Below are positions 29,985 to 41,979 of a DNA stretch of 64,000 nt, in pieces. This DNA is from Borreliella garinii. Lineage in GTDB: Bacteria > Spirochaetota > Spirochaetia > JABEVK01. Numbering within the stretch: the first letter of the stretch is position 1; every line of letters begins with the position of its first letter. The notes under the pieces were generated by a model that was given only the letters and a program-made list of their open reading frames with translations, had not been told where the DNA came from and ran no database searches. A program made the position numbers and the translations under genes. The stretch covers positions 3,170-67,169 of the forward strand of contig DYOB01000003.1 of NCBI GenBank assembly GCA_020720765.1, read 5' to 3'.

Positions 29985-31087
29985 TATTCAGACATCTGCA
30001 TCGGCATGATGATGTGAAAATAGTTCTTCTCCGGGTCTGTTTTGAGCGTTACCGCTCTGCGGGGGTCTGTAAACTGCATGATGATCGTATTTTCAGTACA
30101 AACGCGCACTGGATCCTGGATGTAATGGTAATTTAAGGCAATCACGGTTTGAGGCCCCTCATACTCGACTGGAATTTCTTCACGTGCCAATCCCAACTCG
30201 CTTTCATCGGAGGCTATTAGGGCATTGTTATCTGCCAGTGTGAGAAAAACCCTTTGAGCCTTTTGGTCGGCCATAAGACTGACGCGCCTTATTGCGTCCA
30301 TTAGGTCTTCTTTTTTAATTTTGGCTGTATAAGCCTGGCTTTCAGGAATTACACGAAGATAGTTGGGGAATTGTCCGTCGATGAAATTCGAGTAGATTTT
30401 TTGATTATCAAAACTGAACACCAGGCTTTTTTCACCAATTCCAATATTTAGAACACCCTGGCCGCTGGCAAGTTTTCTTATGAGGTTTAAGGGTTTAGTT
30501 GGTATGATGGCTGTGAAATCCCTACTGATGTCCATATCAATTTTAGCTATGCTCAGCCTTCTTCCATCGGTAGCGACCAAACGGAAGGTTCCTTCCTTGT
30601 ATTCGAAGAGTACACCCGTCATAAAATATCTTGCATCGTCGTCGCTTACCGAAAAAATCGTCTGGTTGATCATTTCCAAAATTTCTTTTTGGCCTATCGA
30701 AAAAGCGAGTCCTTCGGTTTCCCACTGTACCCAGGGATAATTTTCGGACTTCATTGTTTTCAGCTGGTAATTGATGGATTTTTTTTCAGGCCTGATATGA
30801 AACCTGCTATCGTCTGTCATGTTAAAAAGAACATCCCCGTCGGGGAGGTTTTTCAAAGAGCCTAAGAATTTTTCACTATTGACTGTCGTAATTCCTTCAG
30901 ACTCCACATTCACTGGCAGGATGGATTCAAAGGCTGTCTTTGTATCCGTTGCACGAATGATAAGTTTGCCTTCTTTCACTTCCATCATAACATTGCTTAA
31001 AATGGAAATGGTTGATCTGTTTGAAACGACTTCCTGAGCTATCAGGATTTCCTTCATCAGCAGATTTTTATCACAATAAAACCTCAT
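29984..31087 (-). CDS. dnaN: DNA polymerase III beta sliding clamp
   Basis: 367 aa with three-domain beta-clamp architecture, immediately downstream of dnaA. Confidence 0.9.
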   Translation of the reverse strand: MRFYCDKNLLMKEILIAQEVVSNRSTISILSNVMMEVKEGKLIIRATDTKTAFESILPVNVESEGITTVNSEKFLGSLKNLPDGDVLFNMTDDSRFHIRPEKKSINYQLKTMKSENYPWVQWETEGLAFSIGQKEILEMINQTIFSVSDDDARYFMTGVLFEYKEGTFRLVATDGRRLSIAKIDMDISRDFTAIIPTKPLNLIRKLASGQGVLNIGIGEKSLVFSFDNQKIYSNFIDGQFPNYLRVIPESQAYTAKIKKEDLMDAIRRVSLMADQKAQRVFLTLADNNALIASDESELGLAREEIPVEYEGPQTVIALNYHYIQDPVRVCTENTIIMQFTDPRRAVTLKTDPEKNYFHIIMPMQMSE

Positions 31088-31291
31088 ATAATCTCCTTAA
31101 TACTTATAAATTTAATAATAGCTGTTGTTGTAGAGACGGTGGAATTGTGGACAACACCATAAGTCTATACAGCATAACAAATTAAACCATTTTTACCCTT
31201 GTGGATAAAATTTGCCTTTATACACAAATCCACAGGCATGTGAAAAACACCCTTTTCTTCCACAGGAATATAACACTTTATCCTACTTTGG
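31088..31291. other. DnaA-box cluster in the dnaA–dnaN intergenic region (one half of a bipartite oriC)
   Basis: TGTGGACAA at 31146, TGTGGATAA (perfect reverse TTATCCACA) at 31200, AAATCCACA at 31226, TTCCACAGG at 31258. AT-rich spacer. Confidence 0.6.
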
Positions 31292-32710
31292 TCATGACCC
31301 ATGTTGGCTCTGCTCCCTGCATGTTCGAATAAGACTTTGGACTATCATGTCGGTTTTAGGATCCACCTTAATTTTTGAATCGATTTTCTGGACCGAGTGC
31401 ATGACCGTGGTATGGTCACGGCCCCCGAATTCCAACCCGATCTCAGTAGTTGAAAACTCTGTCATTTCCCTTGCAATAAACATGGCGACTTGCCTAGGAA
31501 GAACAATGGCTTGATTTTTCCTTTTATCTTTGAGGTCCTTTGTTGTTACATTAAAGTAAGCTGCTGTTACCTTTTGGATCATATCAATGGTAACAGTTCC
31601 TAGGGACATACTTGCAGAGATGGGTTTGATGGCTTTTTGGGCCACAGCAAGGGTTATTTTTTCCTGGACAAGTTCAGCGTAAGCCTTAATATTTGTTAAG
31701 GCTGATTCAAGGTCTCGAACATTACTTGAAACCGACGTCGCAATGTAATTGAGAACGTCGTCGGGTATGGCAAAAGAAAAGGATTCACTTTTCTTTTTGA
31801 GAATTGCCAAACGGGTCTCATAACTTGGCATACGCAAATCTATTTTAAACCCGCGTACGAACCTGCTGATAAGACGTTCGTTGAATTTTTTTAGTTCCGT
31901 TGGTGGCCGGTCACACGTAAAAATCAGTTGTTTTTTATTGTCGTAAAGCTGATTAAAGGTGTGGAAGAGTTCTTCCTGACTTTCATCTTTTCCCTGTAGG
32001 TCGTGGATATCGTCAAGCAAAAGCACGTCGAGGTTTCTATAATGATCTTTGAATTTTTTCATGGTGTTGTTTTTTATCGACCCTGATAAAACGTGGTTAA
32101 CAAAATCACTAACGAAGGCTTCAGAAGGAATACAGAGGATGTTCGCAGAGGGATTCATCCTTTGAATGTGGTTTCCAATGGCGTGCATTAGGTGGGTTTT
32201 ACCTAAACCCACGCCACCGTAAATAAGAAAAGGGTTGTAATCGCCGCCGGGTGATTTTGCGATTGCTATAGCCGTACTATAGGCAAGCTTGTTTTCTTCT
32301 CCTATAACATAGTTTTCGAAGGTCATGGAACCATTCAATCTTGAAGATTCCCTTTTGGTGTTGCCGTCTTCCCGCAACATTATCGTGGGGGTCTGACGGG
32401 GTGTATCCTGGATGACTTTTTTTTCCTCTGCGGGTTGTACCGGGAACGACATGCTTTCTAACGCCTCTACGGATAAAACGATGGGACGACCGCAGAGAGC
32501 GTGCAGTTTTTCTTCTATTTTTTCAACCCAGGCTTTTTTTAATTGATCCCTGAAAAATAACGAGGGTGTGTTAACAACGATCGTGTCGGTTTCGCTTCTG
32601 TTGTATTCCAAACCGCTAAGGTAGAAATCGAGCTCTGACGTTGGCATTTCTTCTTTAAGGTTTTTAACGGCTTCTTCAAAGAAGGGTTTAAAGTCCAGAG
32701 CATCCTCCAA
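31292..32710 (-). CDS. dnaA: Chromosomal replication initiator protein DnaA
   Basis: 472 aa. AAA+ Walker A GGVGLGKTHLMHAIG and the C-terminal DNA-binding domain. Confidence 0.95.
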   Translation of the reverse strand: MEDALDFKPFFEEAVKNLKEEMPTSELDFYLSGLEYNRSETDTIVVNTPSLFFRDQLKKAWVEKIEEKLHALCGRPIVLSVEALESMSFPVQPAEEKKVIQDTPRQTPTIMLREDGNTKRESSRLNGSMTFENYVIGEENKLAYSTAIAIAKSPGGDYNPFLIYGGVGLGKTHLMHAIGNHIQRMNPSANILCIPSEAFVSDFVNHVLSGSIKNNTMKKFKDHYRNLDVLLLDDIHDLQGKDESQEELFHTFNQLYDNKKQLIFTCDRPPTELKKFNERLISRFVRGFKIDLRMPSYETRLAILKKKSESFSFAIPDDVLNYIATSVSSNVRDLESALTNIKAYAELVQEKITLAVAQKAIKPISASMSLGTVTIDMIQKVTAAYFNVTTKDLKDKRKNQAIVLPRQVAMFIAREMTEFSTTEIGLEFGGRDHTTVMHSVQKIDSKIKVDPKTDMIVQSLIRTCREQSQHGS

Positions 32711-34961
<2,251 letters not shown>

Positions 34962-34969
34962 GAGAAGAC

Positions 34970-37432
34970 ATGGCCGAGCTAACAGGACGGATTATTCCCG
35001 TTGAAATCGAAGACGAAGTAAAAAGAAGCTATTTAAACTATGCGATGAGCGTTATTGTTTCGAGGGCCTTGCCCGACGTGAGGGACGGTTTGAAGCCAGT
35101 CCACCGCCGTATTCTCTTCGCCATGGAAGAGATGGGGCTCAGGCACGAGCGTCCTTTTAAAAAGTGCGGACGTATAGTCGGTGATGTGCTGGGTAAATAC
35201 CACCCACACGGCGACCAGAGTATCTATGACGCGCTTGTCCGACTAGCCCAGGATTTCAGCCTTCGCTACCCAGTAGTAAGAGGGCAGGGTAACTTTGGAA
35301 GTGTGGACGGCGATCCTCCAGCGGCGATGCGGTATACCGAGGCAAAACTCGCAAAAATTTCCGATGAACTTATCCGGGATATTGACAAAGAAACCGTAGA
35401 TTTTGGTCCCAATTACGACGATAGTCTCAAGGAGCCCTTGGTTTTGCCAGCGGCGTTCCCATTTTTGCTTGTCAATGGAGCAAGTGGGATCGCGGTCGGA
35501 ATGGCTACCAATATTCCACCGCACAACCTGGGCGAGGTTTGCCGGGCCATTGTTGCAACCGTCGACAACCCGGAAATTACCAGTGATGAACTCGTTCAAT
35601 ACGTAACAGGCCCGGATTTTCCCACGGGTGGCGTTATCCAAAACCGTGGTGGGTACCACCTTGCGGCCCGCACAGGGCGCGGAGCGGTTACAGTACGAAG
35701 CAAGTACGAAATAGAAGAGAGTTCTACGGGAAAGCAGAGCCTGATCATCACAGAAATCCCTTACATGGTGAATAAGGCGCTAACGATAGCCCATATAGCA
35801 GAACTCGTGAAAGATAAAAGGATTGATGGGATTTCCGACCTTAGGGACGAGAGCGACCGTGATGGTATGAGGATAGTCATTGAAATTAAAAAGGGTTTTG
35901 ACCATATGGTTGTTGTCAACAGCCTTTTCGCACATACAAATCTGCGTTTAAATTTTAATATTAACGCGCTTGCCCTGGTCGGCGGTATGCCCAAAGTTCT
36001 CAGTCTAAAAGAAATGATCGTGGCTTTTATTGCCCACCGAAGGGAAGTGATCATCCGAAGGACTATTTACGACCTGAGAAAAGCCGAAGAACGCGCCCAT
36101 ATTCTACAGGGATTAAAAATAGCCCTCGACAATATCGACGAGGTCATCCGAACCATCAAGGAGTCTGCCAACGTTGCTGAGGCTAAGGTCCGCCTTGAGA
36201 CGCGCTTTTCTCTCAGCGAGATTCAGAGCCAGGCTATTCTTGATATGCGCCTTCAGAAACTTACTTCACTTGAAACGCAAAAAATATTAGAAGAATTGGC
36301 CGAAGTCGAGGCTAAAATCGCATTTTTTAAGGACTTGCTGGCACATGAAGAAAAAATCTACGGCGTAATAAAGGAAGAAACCAAAAAGATCGAGGAAGAT
36401 TTCGGTGATGAAAGAAGGACCGAAATCACCGACGAAGAAGCAACGAATGCAGATATGGAAGAACTGATTCAAAAAGAAGACGTTGTTGTGACGATTTCAA
36501 GCGGAGGTTTTCTCAAGCGTGTACCAGTAACGGAGTATAGGGCCCAGGGGAGGGGGGGGAAGGGGGTCTTCACCGCAAACCTGAAAGAAGAGGATTTCCT
36601 TGAGAATATCTTCGTTTGCAACACCCACCACTTTATCCTTTTTATCACCGATCACGGCAGGTCTCAGAGCATTAAAACCTACCAACTTCCAGTGGGCTCT
36701 AGAACATCAAAAGGAAAACATATCAGAAGCCTGCTCGACCTTCAGGAAGATGAAAAAATGACCACAGTAGTCAGCCTGGATTCGTTTAAATCCGACAGGT
36801 TCATTGTCTTAGCGGCTAAAAGCGGAAAGGTTATGAGGATGCCGACTTCTGTCTTTGCATATTCAAAGGTAAAGGGCATAGCAACGGTAAACCTTGAGCC
36901 AGATGATCATTTGGTTTCCGCCTACCTAACAAGCGGCTCGGATGATATTATTCTTATCACCAAAAATGGTCAGGCTTTGAAATTCCCTGAAACTGATATT
37001 CGAAGTACAAACAGAAACGTTCAGGGCGTGAAGGGCATTACTTTTAAGGCTAAAAACGATGAACTCATCGCTGCCATCCCCGTTCGTTCCAACGAGCAGC
37101 TTCTGCTGGTTTCAGAATTTGGTTTAGGCAAACGCTTGTCTGCGAGTGAGATCAACCCACACGGGCGTGGAACAGCGGGAATGATCTGTTATAAGCCGGA
37201 TGAAAAAAGCGGCCGTTTAGCCGGTGCAATTCCAGTAAGTCCGGACTATGACGTGATGTGTATCACAGAACAGGGAAAAAGCATTAAGAGCGCCACCGAC
37301 GCTATTTCCGAACAGGGGCGTTCTGCCAAGGGTGTTAGGCTTATTACGCTTGAACCCGGAGACAGGGTTTCGGGCATTGCAAAATCTGTTCAGGAAGAAA
37401 AAGCCATTCAGGGTGAACTTTATACCGAGTAA
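34970..37432 (+). CDS. gyrA: DNA gyrase subunit A
   Basis: 820 aa. Active-site region [10 protein letters not shown] and C-terminal beta-pinwheel repeats. Confidence 0.95.
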   Translation: MAELTGRIIPVEIEDEVKRSYLNYAMSVIVSRALPDVRDGLKPVHRRILFAMEEMGLRHERPFKKCGRIVGDVLGKYHPHGDQSIYDALVRLAQDFSLRYPVVRGQGNFGSVDGDPPAAMRYTEAKLAKISDELIRDIDKETVDFGPNYDDSLKEPLVLPAAFPFLLVNGASGIAVGMATNIPPHNLGEVCRAIVATVDNPEITSDELVQYVTGPDFPTGGVIQNRGGYHLAARTGRGAVTVRSKYEIEESSTGKQSLIITEIPYMVNKALTIAHIAELVKDKRIDGISDLRDESDRDGMRIVIEIKKGFDHMVVVNSLFAHTNLRLNFNINALALVGGMPKVLSLKEMIVAFIAHRREVIIRRTIYDLRKAEERAHILQGLKIALDNIDEVIRTIKESANVAEAKVRLETRFSLSEIQSQAILDMRLQKLTSLETQKILEELAEVEAKIAFFKDLLAHEEKIYGVIKEETKKIEEDFGDERRTEITDEEATNADMEELIQKEDVVVTISSGGFLKRVPVTEYRAQGRGGKGVFTANLKEEDFLENIFVCNTHHFILFITDHGRSQSIKTYQLPVGSRTSKGKHIRSLLDLQEDEKMTTVVSLDSFKSDRFIVLAAKSGKVMRMPTSVFAYSKVKGIATVNLEPDDHLVSAYLTSGSDDIILITKNGQALKFPETDIRSTNRNVQGVKGITFKAKNDELIAAIPVRSNEQLLLVSEFGLGKRLSASEINPHGRGTAGMICYKPDEKSGRLAGAIPVSPDYDVMCITEQGKSIKSATDAISEQGRSAKGVRLITLEPGDRVSGIAKSVQEEKAIQGELYTE

Positions 37433-37442
37433 ACTATTTGTT

Positions 37443-38492
37443 TCACGTGAAACGTTTTTGAAAAAGAGCTACAGCTTTGAGGTACTTTTTTTTAAGGTAG
37501 CTCTTTTCTGTGGGGGTTAAGAAGGCGGCATCGATTGAAATAAGGTTAGACTTGATAAAGTCTTCGATGGTAAAGTTGAAATACTTGACGGCTAGCATAT
37601 AGTCGTCAGTTAAATCTGCGTCCTGAATACTCGGGTCGTCTGAATTTAAAGAAACAGGAACACCCATCCGAAAAAGCGCTCCAAAAGGGTGGGTTGCTGT
37701 GTCTCGCCACGACCCTGTTTGATAATTTGAAGTAAGGCATTGTTCAAGAGTAATCTTATTCTCTTTTAGGTACGCTCGAAGCTTTGGGTCCTCTATGGCA
37801 GAAGTCCCGTGCCCGACGCGGGCAGCGTGAAGTGTTTTAACCGCTTCCCATATTTGAGAGGGCGGGCTGACTTCACCGGCGTGGATCGTAGTTAAAAACA
37901 AGCCGTCCTTTTGGACTTTATCAAAAACACTTTGAAATAATTCCGGAGGATAATTTGTTTCATCGCCGGCAAGGTCGAAGCCGCAGATGTCTGGGCTGAC
38001 CGATTTAAATTTTTCATACAGTTCCAGCATTTCTTCGGGGGAATGTTTTCCTCGGTTCAGGGTAATAAGGTACCGGATCGTAATGCCGATTTCTTTAGCG
38101 GCTTTGTTTCCAGCGCGGATTACAGTGAGAATGACTTCCTTCCGGTTAAAGTTATTTATGGCCGCAAAATGTTCCGGGTTAAAGCGTAATTCTATATAAA
38201 AAAGCCCGTCATTTTTAAAATTTTTAACACTATGAAAAGTGATAAAATCTACATCTTCCAGGCTTTTGTACCAATGATTCCGAAACTTGGCTAAAAACAG
38301 TAAAAAATCCGGCTCCCCATCTTTGGGAAACTGGTTGTCCTTTTTAAATTCTTCATAGGTCTGGGATTCGGCTACATCATTCTTTTTGGCAAGTTCATAA
38401 AGTTTGTCCATAGGAAACGAGCCTTCAAGGTGTCGATGCAGTTCTATTTTGGGGAACTGTCTTATGATTTCATTTGTTAATTGCCGTCCCAT
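37443..38492 (-). CDS. add: Adenosine deaminase
   Basis: 349 aa with metal-binding motifs IELHRHLEGS and SLNSDDP. Confidence 0.75.
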   Translation of the reverse strand: MGRQLTNEIIRQFPKIELHRHLEGSFPMDKLYELAKKNDVAESQTYEEFKKDNQFPKDGEPDFLLFLAKFRNHWYKSLEDVDFITFHSVKNFKNDGLFYIELRFNPEHFAAINNFNRKEVILTVIRAGNKAAKEIGITIRYLITLNRGKHSPEEMLELYEKFKSVSPDICGFDLAGDETNYPPELFQSVFDKVQKDGLFLTTIHAGEVSPPSQIWEAVKTLHAARVGHGTSAIEDPKLRAYLKENKITLEQCLTSNYQTGSWRDTATHPFGALFRMGVPVSLNSDDPSIQDADLTDDYMLAVKYFNFTIEDFIKSNLISIDAAFLTPTEKSYLKKKYLKAVALFQKRFT

Positions 38493-38625
38493 CCGTCATC
38501 CTCGTTTTGATGTGCATAACATTAGGTATGATTACCTACTTAAAGACATCGGAAAAAAATAAGTTCTTCTCAAGAAAAATCTTTTTTTCAAAGACTTTTT
38601 TTCCATCAGTGCCTATAATGCGGCT

Positions 38626-39384
38626 ATGGGAAAAGCTTTGATATTTGCTAATCAAAAGGGCGGGGTAGGAAAAACCACCACCGCTGTAAGCCTGGCGAGT
38701 TATATCGCAGCGGCCGGAAAAAAAGTCCTTCTCGTGGATTTCGATCCGCAGGGAAATATGTCGTTAGCTGTCGGTGCCGATCGGAACAAGCCCGGCATTT
38801 ACGAATTAGTTCTAAAAAAAGCCGTTGCCCGGGAAGTTGTTCAAAAAACGTTCGAAGAAAACCTCAACATTATACCAGCGAACGTCCACCTTTCAGGTAT
38901 CAATGTTGAACTGACGGAAATGGATAAAAGGGAATACTATTTAAGAAAGGCCCTTGAACCCATTAAAGCCGATTTCGATTTTATATTTATCGACTCGCCA
39001 CCCTCTCTTGACCTTGTGACAGTCAATGGTCTTGTCGCGGCAGACTTGGTGATGATTCCTCTGCAAACTGAATTTTTTGCTATAGAAGGCACGAGTCAAC
39101 TCGTCAGGACAATCACCATGGTCAAACAGAATCTCAACCCAGGACTTGAGCTGGGTGGAATTATTTTAACGATGAAAGATAACCGGACCCAACTCTCAAA
39201 AAACGTGGTTGACGAAGCTGTTTCCTATTTTCGTGACAAAGTGTTTCGGACGGCTATCCCCCGAAACGTCAGTTTAGCCGAGGCCCCATCTTTTGGGATG
39301 ACAATCCGTCGATACCAGCCTGGTTCGCCAGGGGGCCGTGCGTATGAACAATTAGCCAAGGAGGTGCTAGATCGTGTCCAATAG
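38626..39384 (+). CDS. parA: Chromosome partitioning ATPase ParA/Soj
   Basis: 252 aa with deviant Walker A NQKGGVGKTTTAV. Followed by parB. Confidence 0.85.
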   Translation: MGKALIFANQKGGVGKTTTAVSLASYIAAAGKKVLLVDFDPQGNMSLAVGADRNKPGIYELVLKKAVAREVVQKTFEENLNIIPANVHLSGINVELTEMDKREYYLRKALEPIKADFDFIFIDSPPSLDLVTVNGLVAADLVMIPLQTEFFAIEGTSQLVRTITMVKQNLNPGLELGGIILTMKDNRTQLSKNVVDEAVSYFRDKVFRTAIPRNVSLAEAPSFGMTIRRYQPGSPGGRAYEQLAKEVLDRVQ

Positions 39385-40270
39385 ACTGGGTAAGGGTTTT
39401 GAGGCCCTGTTTTCAGCCGACCCCGCACCCATGGCGCAAAGCGGCGAGCCTTTGACAGTTCCGCTCAATCGGATTCAAACCAATCCCAACCAACCGAGGA
39501 AAGATTTTCAAACTGAGGCGCTCGAAGAGCTTGCTTCTTCGATACGCGAGAAAGGGATCATTCAACCGATCCTTGTTGAGCGTTCGGAAGAAGGCGGTTT
39601 TGTGATCATCGCGGGTGAAAGGCGCTTCAGGGCGGCAAGGATGGCGGGACTCGAAGAAATCCCTGTTTTTGTAAAAAATTATACCGAACAGGAAAAGCTT
39701 GAAATAGCCTTGATCGAGAATATTCAGAGGACCGATCTCACCCCCATGGAAGAAGCCAGGGCTTACGCAAGGCTTATGGAAAGCGGTGATTATACCCAGG
39801 AAGAACTCGCGGGGAGGGTGGGAAAACAACGTTCGACTATAGCTAATTCTTTGCGTTTGATGAAACTTCCAGAGCCCATTCAAGTCTTGGTGGAGAAGGG
39901 ACAAATTACACCCGGGCATGCGCGCGCCATCCTTTCTCTCGAAAAAGCCGCTGATCAGAATAGTCTAGCCGAAGAAATACTGGTTAATTCGTTGTCTGTT
40001 AGGGGTGCTGAGCGCCGTGCAGAAGAAATGAGGCTTGGAAAAGCCTTGGTGCAAAAAGAAACGGAAAAACCGCAACCAAAAAAGACCCCTGAGGATTCTG
40101 CTCAGGAGAACTACGCGGAATGGAAGGATCTGGCGAATCAGCTGATGGAAAAACTCGGGACTAAGGTTCGACTCCGGGGTACCCAGGATGGCGGCACCGT
40201 AGAAATTCAGTTTTACTCACTCGACGACCTCAATCGATTATCAGATCTTCTGCTATCCCGTTTCCCTTGA
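39374..40270 (+). CDS. parB: Chromosome partitioning protein ParB/Spo0J
   Basis: 298 aa with the ParB box GERRFRAA and an HTH region. Confidence 0.85.
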   Translation: MSNRLGKGFEALFSADPAPMAQSGEPLTVPLNRIQTNPNQPRKDFQTEALEELASSIREKGIIQPILVERSEEGGFVIIAGERRFRAARMAGLEEIPVFVKNYTEQEKLEIALIENIQRTDLTPMEEARAYARLMESGDYTQEELAGRVGKQRSTIANSLRLMKLPEPIQVLVEKGQITPGHARAILSLEKAADQNSLAEEILVNSLSVRGAERRAEEMRLGKALVQKETEKPQPKKTPEDSAQENYAEWKDLANQLMEKLGTKVRLRGTQDGGTVEIQFYSLDDLNRLSDLLLSRFP

Positions 40271-40310
40271 CAGAATCGTAAGGTCTCAATATCATTCAGT
40301 GGGTCTCCCT

Positions 40311-40395
40311 GGAGAGGTGGCAGAGTGGTCGATTGCGGCAGTCTTGAAAACTGTTGGGCCGCGAGGTCCCGTGGGTTCGAATCCCACCTTCTCCG
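40311..40395 (+). tRNA. tRNA-Ser (anticodon TGA), class II long variable arm
   Basis: Hand-folded. Acceptor GGAGAGG/CCTTCTCC, anticodon loop CT-TGA-AA, 19-nt variable arm, T-loop TTCGAAT. Confidence 0.7.
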
Positions 40396-40405
40396 AAGAC
40401 AAATA

Positions 40406-40493
40406 GGAGCGGTGCCAGAGTGGCCGAATGGGGCGCCCTGCTAAGGCGTTGTACCCCTCAAGGGTACCGAGGGTTCGAATCCCTCCTGCTCCG
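40406..40493 (+). tRNA. tRNA-Ser (anticodon GCT), class II
   Basis: Acceptor GGAGCGG, anticodon loop CT-GCT-AA, long variable arm, T-loop TTCGAAT. Confidence 0.7.
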
Positions 40494-40497
40494 TATT

Positions 40498-40571
40498 GTG
40501 CCCATAGCTCAGTTGGATAGAGCGTCAGATTGCGGATCTGAAGGTCGGAGGTTCGAATCCTCTTGGGCATA
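40498..40571 (+). tRNA. tRNA-Arg (anticodon read as GCG)
   Basis: Acceptor GTGCCCA/TGGGCAT, D-arm GCTCAGTTGGATAGAGC, anticodon loop TT-GCG-GA, 5-nt variable region, T-loop TTCGAAT. Confidence 0.6.
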
Positions 40572-40586
40572 TTGCCGTAAGAGCAA

Positions 40587-40671
40587 GGAGAGATGGCCGA
40601 GTGGCTTAAGGCGCACGCTTGGAAAGCGTGTATACGGAAACGTATCAGGGGTTCGAATCCCCTTCTCTCCG
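40587..40671 (+). tRNA. tRNA-Ser (anticodon GGA), class II
   Basis: Acceptor GGAGAGA, anticodon loop TT-GGA-AA, long variable arm, T-loop TTCGAAT. Confidence 0.7.
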
Positions 40672-40681
40672 TCCCTTTAGT

Positions 40682-40782
40682 GACTGTCGGGCCCTACGCT
40701 ATCGGCTGACACCCAACCCCGCCAGGATCGGAAGGTAGCAACGGTAAGTGCTCGGCGATGTGCCGTAATCGGTTTGACAGGA
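40682..40782 (+). ncRNA. ffs: Probable small SRP RNA (4.5S/ffs)
   Basis: Domain-IV-like core CCGCCAGGATC-GGAA-GGTAGCAACGG at 40718..40746 resembles E. coli CCAGGUCC-GGAA-GGAAGCAGCC (GNRA tetraloop plus symmetric loop). The termini pair (40684 CTGTCGGGCC with 40771 GGTTTGACAG). ffs–dnaX–ybaB–recR synteny is known. Confidence 0.5.
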
Positions 40783-40797
40783 ACTAAGGGGTTTTTT

Positions 40798-41979
40798 ATG
40801 AGCTATGAAGTAACCGCGACAAGACGACGCCCTAAAACATTCCTAGAAATGGCCGGCCAAGATTTCGTCGTAACGACGCTGAAAAAATCCATTGAAACAC
40901 AGAGAATTGCCCATGCCTACCTTTTTTCCGGCCCCCGGGGAGTGGGAAAAACAAGTTCGGCAAGAATTCTAGCTAAATGCCTTAACTGCGAAAACGGCCC
41001 TACTGCAGAACCCTGCGGGGTTTGTTCTTCTTGCGTTTCCATTGCAAAAGGTTCGAGTATCGATGTTATCGAAATCGACGGAGCTTCCAACACCTCGGTC
41101 AACGACGTTCGGGTCATCCGTGACGAGGTTTTGTTCGCCCCCAGCTCTTCAAGGTATAAAATTTATATCATCGACGAAGTCCACATGCTTTCGAATTCCG
41201 CCTTTAATGCTTTATTAAAAACTATTGAAGAACCCCCTCCCTACATTGTTTTTATTTTTGCCACGACCGAACTCCACAAGGTTCCTGCAACGATTCGAAG
41301 CCGGTGCCAACAGTTCCCTTTCCGGCTTATCCATACTGACGATATCAAGAAAAACCTTGAACTCGCGGCGGCAGAGCTCGGGTTGAAAGCGGATGATGAA
41401 GCACTGTTCTGGATGTCAAAGGAAGCTACCGGGTCCATGAGGGACGCGTACACGTTATTTGACCAGGTGGCGGCCTTCTCCGATGGACATATCACCCAAA
41501 CGAAAATCCAAGAAAAACTCGGACTTGTCGGGGTTGATGTCGTTACGGAGCTCGTTTCAAGCCTCTTAACCGGAAACCACCACGAAGTTCTTGAGCTTAT
41601 CGATAAAATATTGGTTTCCGGAGTCAGTGTATCACAGATCACCCACGACCTTACTGATTTTTTCAGGGGCCTTCTGCTCTACAGAGCCGGAATCCGCCGT
41701 GAAAGTCTCTTAGGTTATAAGCCGGAACGGCTTGCGGAGACTGGTCTGGAAACCCTTACATTGGCACAAGTTGAAAAAGCAGAAGAATCCCTTCTGGAAC
41801 TCAATAGAAACCTAAGGTACAGCATCAATCCCCGTGCAGAATTGGAATTGACCTTGATAAGGTTTTGTTCCTTGCCCAACTTTTTGGGTACTAGCGAACT
41901 CTACCAGCAAATCCTTCTGTTAAAGGAAGAGTTGGTAGGCGTCGCTTTACAGGCAAAAAAAAAACTACAGAACGGATAA
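40798..41979 (+). CDS. dnaX: DNA polymerase III subunit gamma/tau, in-frame (short) product
   Basis: MSYEVTATRRRPKTFLEMAGQDF; AAA+ Walker A GPRGVGKTS; zinc-module cysteines CGVCSSC. Ends ...AKKKLQNG* immediately after an A10 tract (41955..41964). The listed start at 40774 would overlap the SRP RNA and is rejected. Confidence 0.85.
   Translation: MSYEVTATRRRPKTFLEMAGQDFVVTTLKKSIETQRIAHAYLFSGPRGVGKTSSARILAKCLNCENGPTAEPCGVCSSCVSIAKGSSIDVIEIDGASNTSVNDVRVIRDEVLFAPSSSRYKIYIIDEVHMLSNSAFNALLKTIEEPPPYIVFIFATTELHKVPATIRSRCQQFPFRLIHTDDIKKNLELAAAELGLKADDEALFWMSKEATGSMRDAYTLFDQVAAFSDGHITQTKIQEKLGLVGVDVVTELVSSLLTGNHHEVLELIDKILVSGVSVSQITHDLTDFFRGLLLYRAGIRRESLLGYKPERLAETGLETLTLAQVEKAEESLLELNRNLRYSINPRAELELTLIRFCSLPNFLGTSELYQQILLLKEELVGVALQAKKKLQNG

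Noticed and set aside
36551-36558. G8 tracts (also 6569..6576 and 51607..51613) as phase-variation sites
   Set aside because: Runs of 7–8 nt occur inside essential gyrA and elsewhere, so they are background for this ~50% GC genome. Only the G12 in the peptidase gene is reported.
40292-40680. ORFs 40292..40570(-) and 40354..40680(+)
   Set aside because: They lie entirely over four hand-folded tRNA genes. tRNA-derived spurious ORFs.
40774-40797. Upstream dnaX start at 40774 (MTGTKGFF...)
   Set aside because: It would overlap the probable SRP RNA 3' helix. The ATG at 40798 has a G-rich RBS and conserved N-terminus MSYEV...
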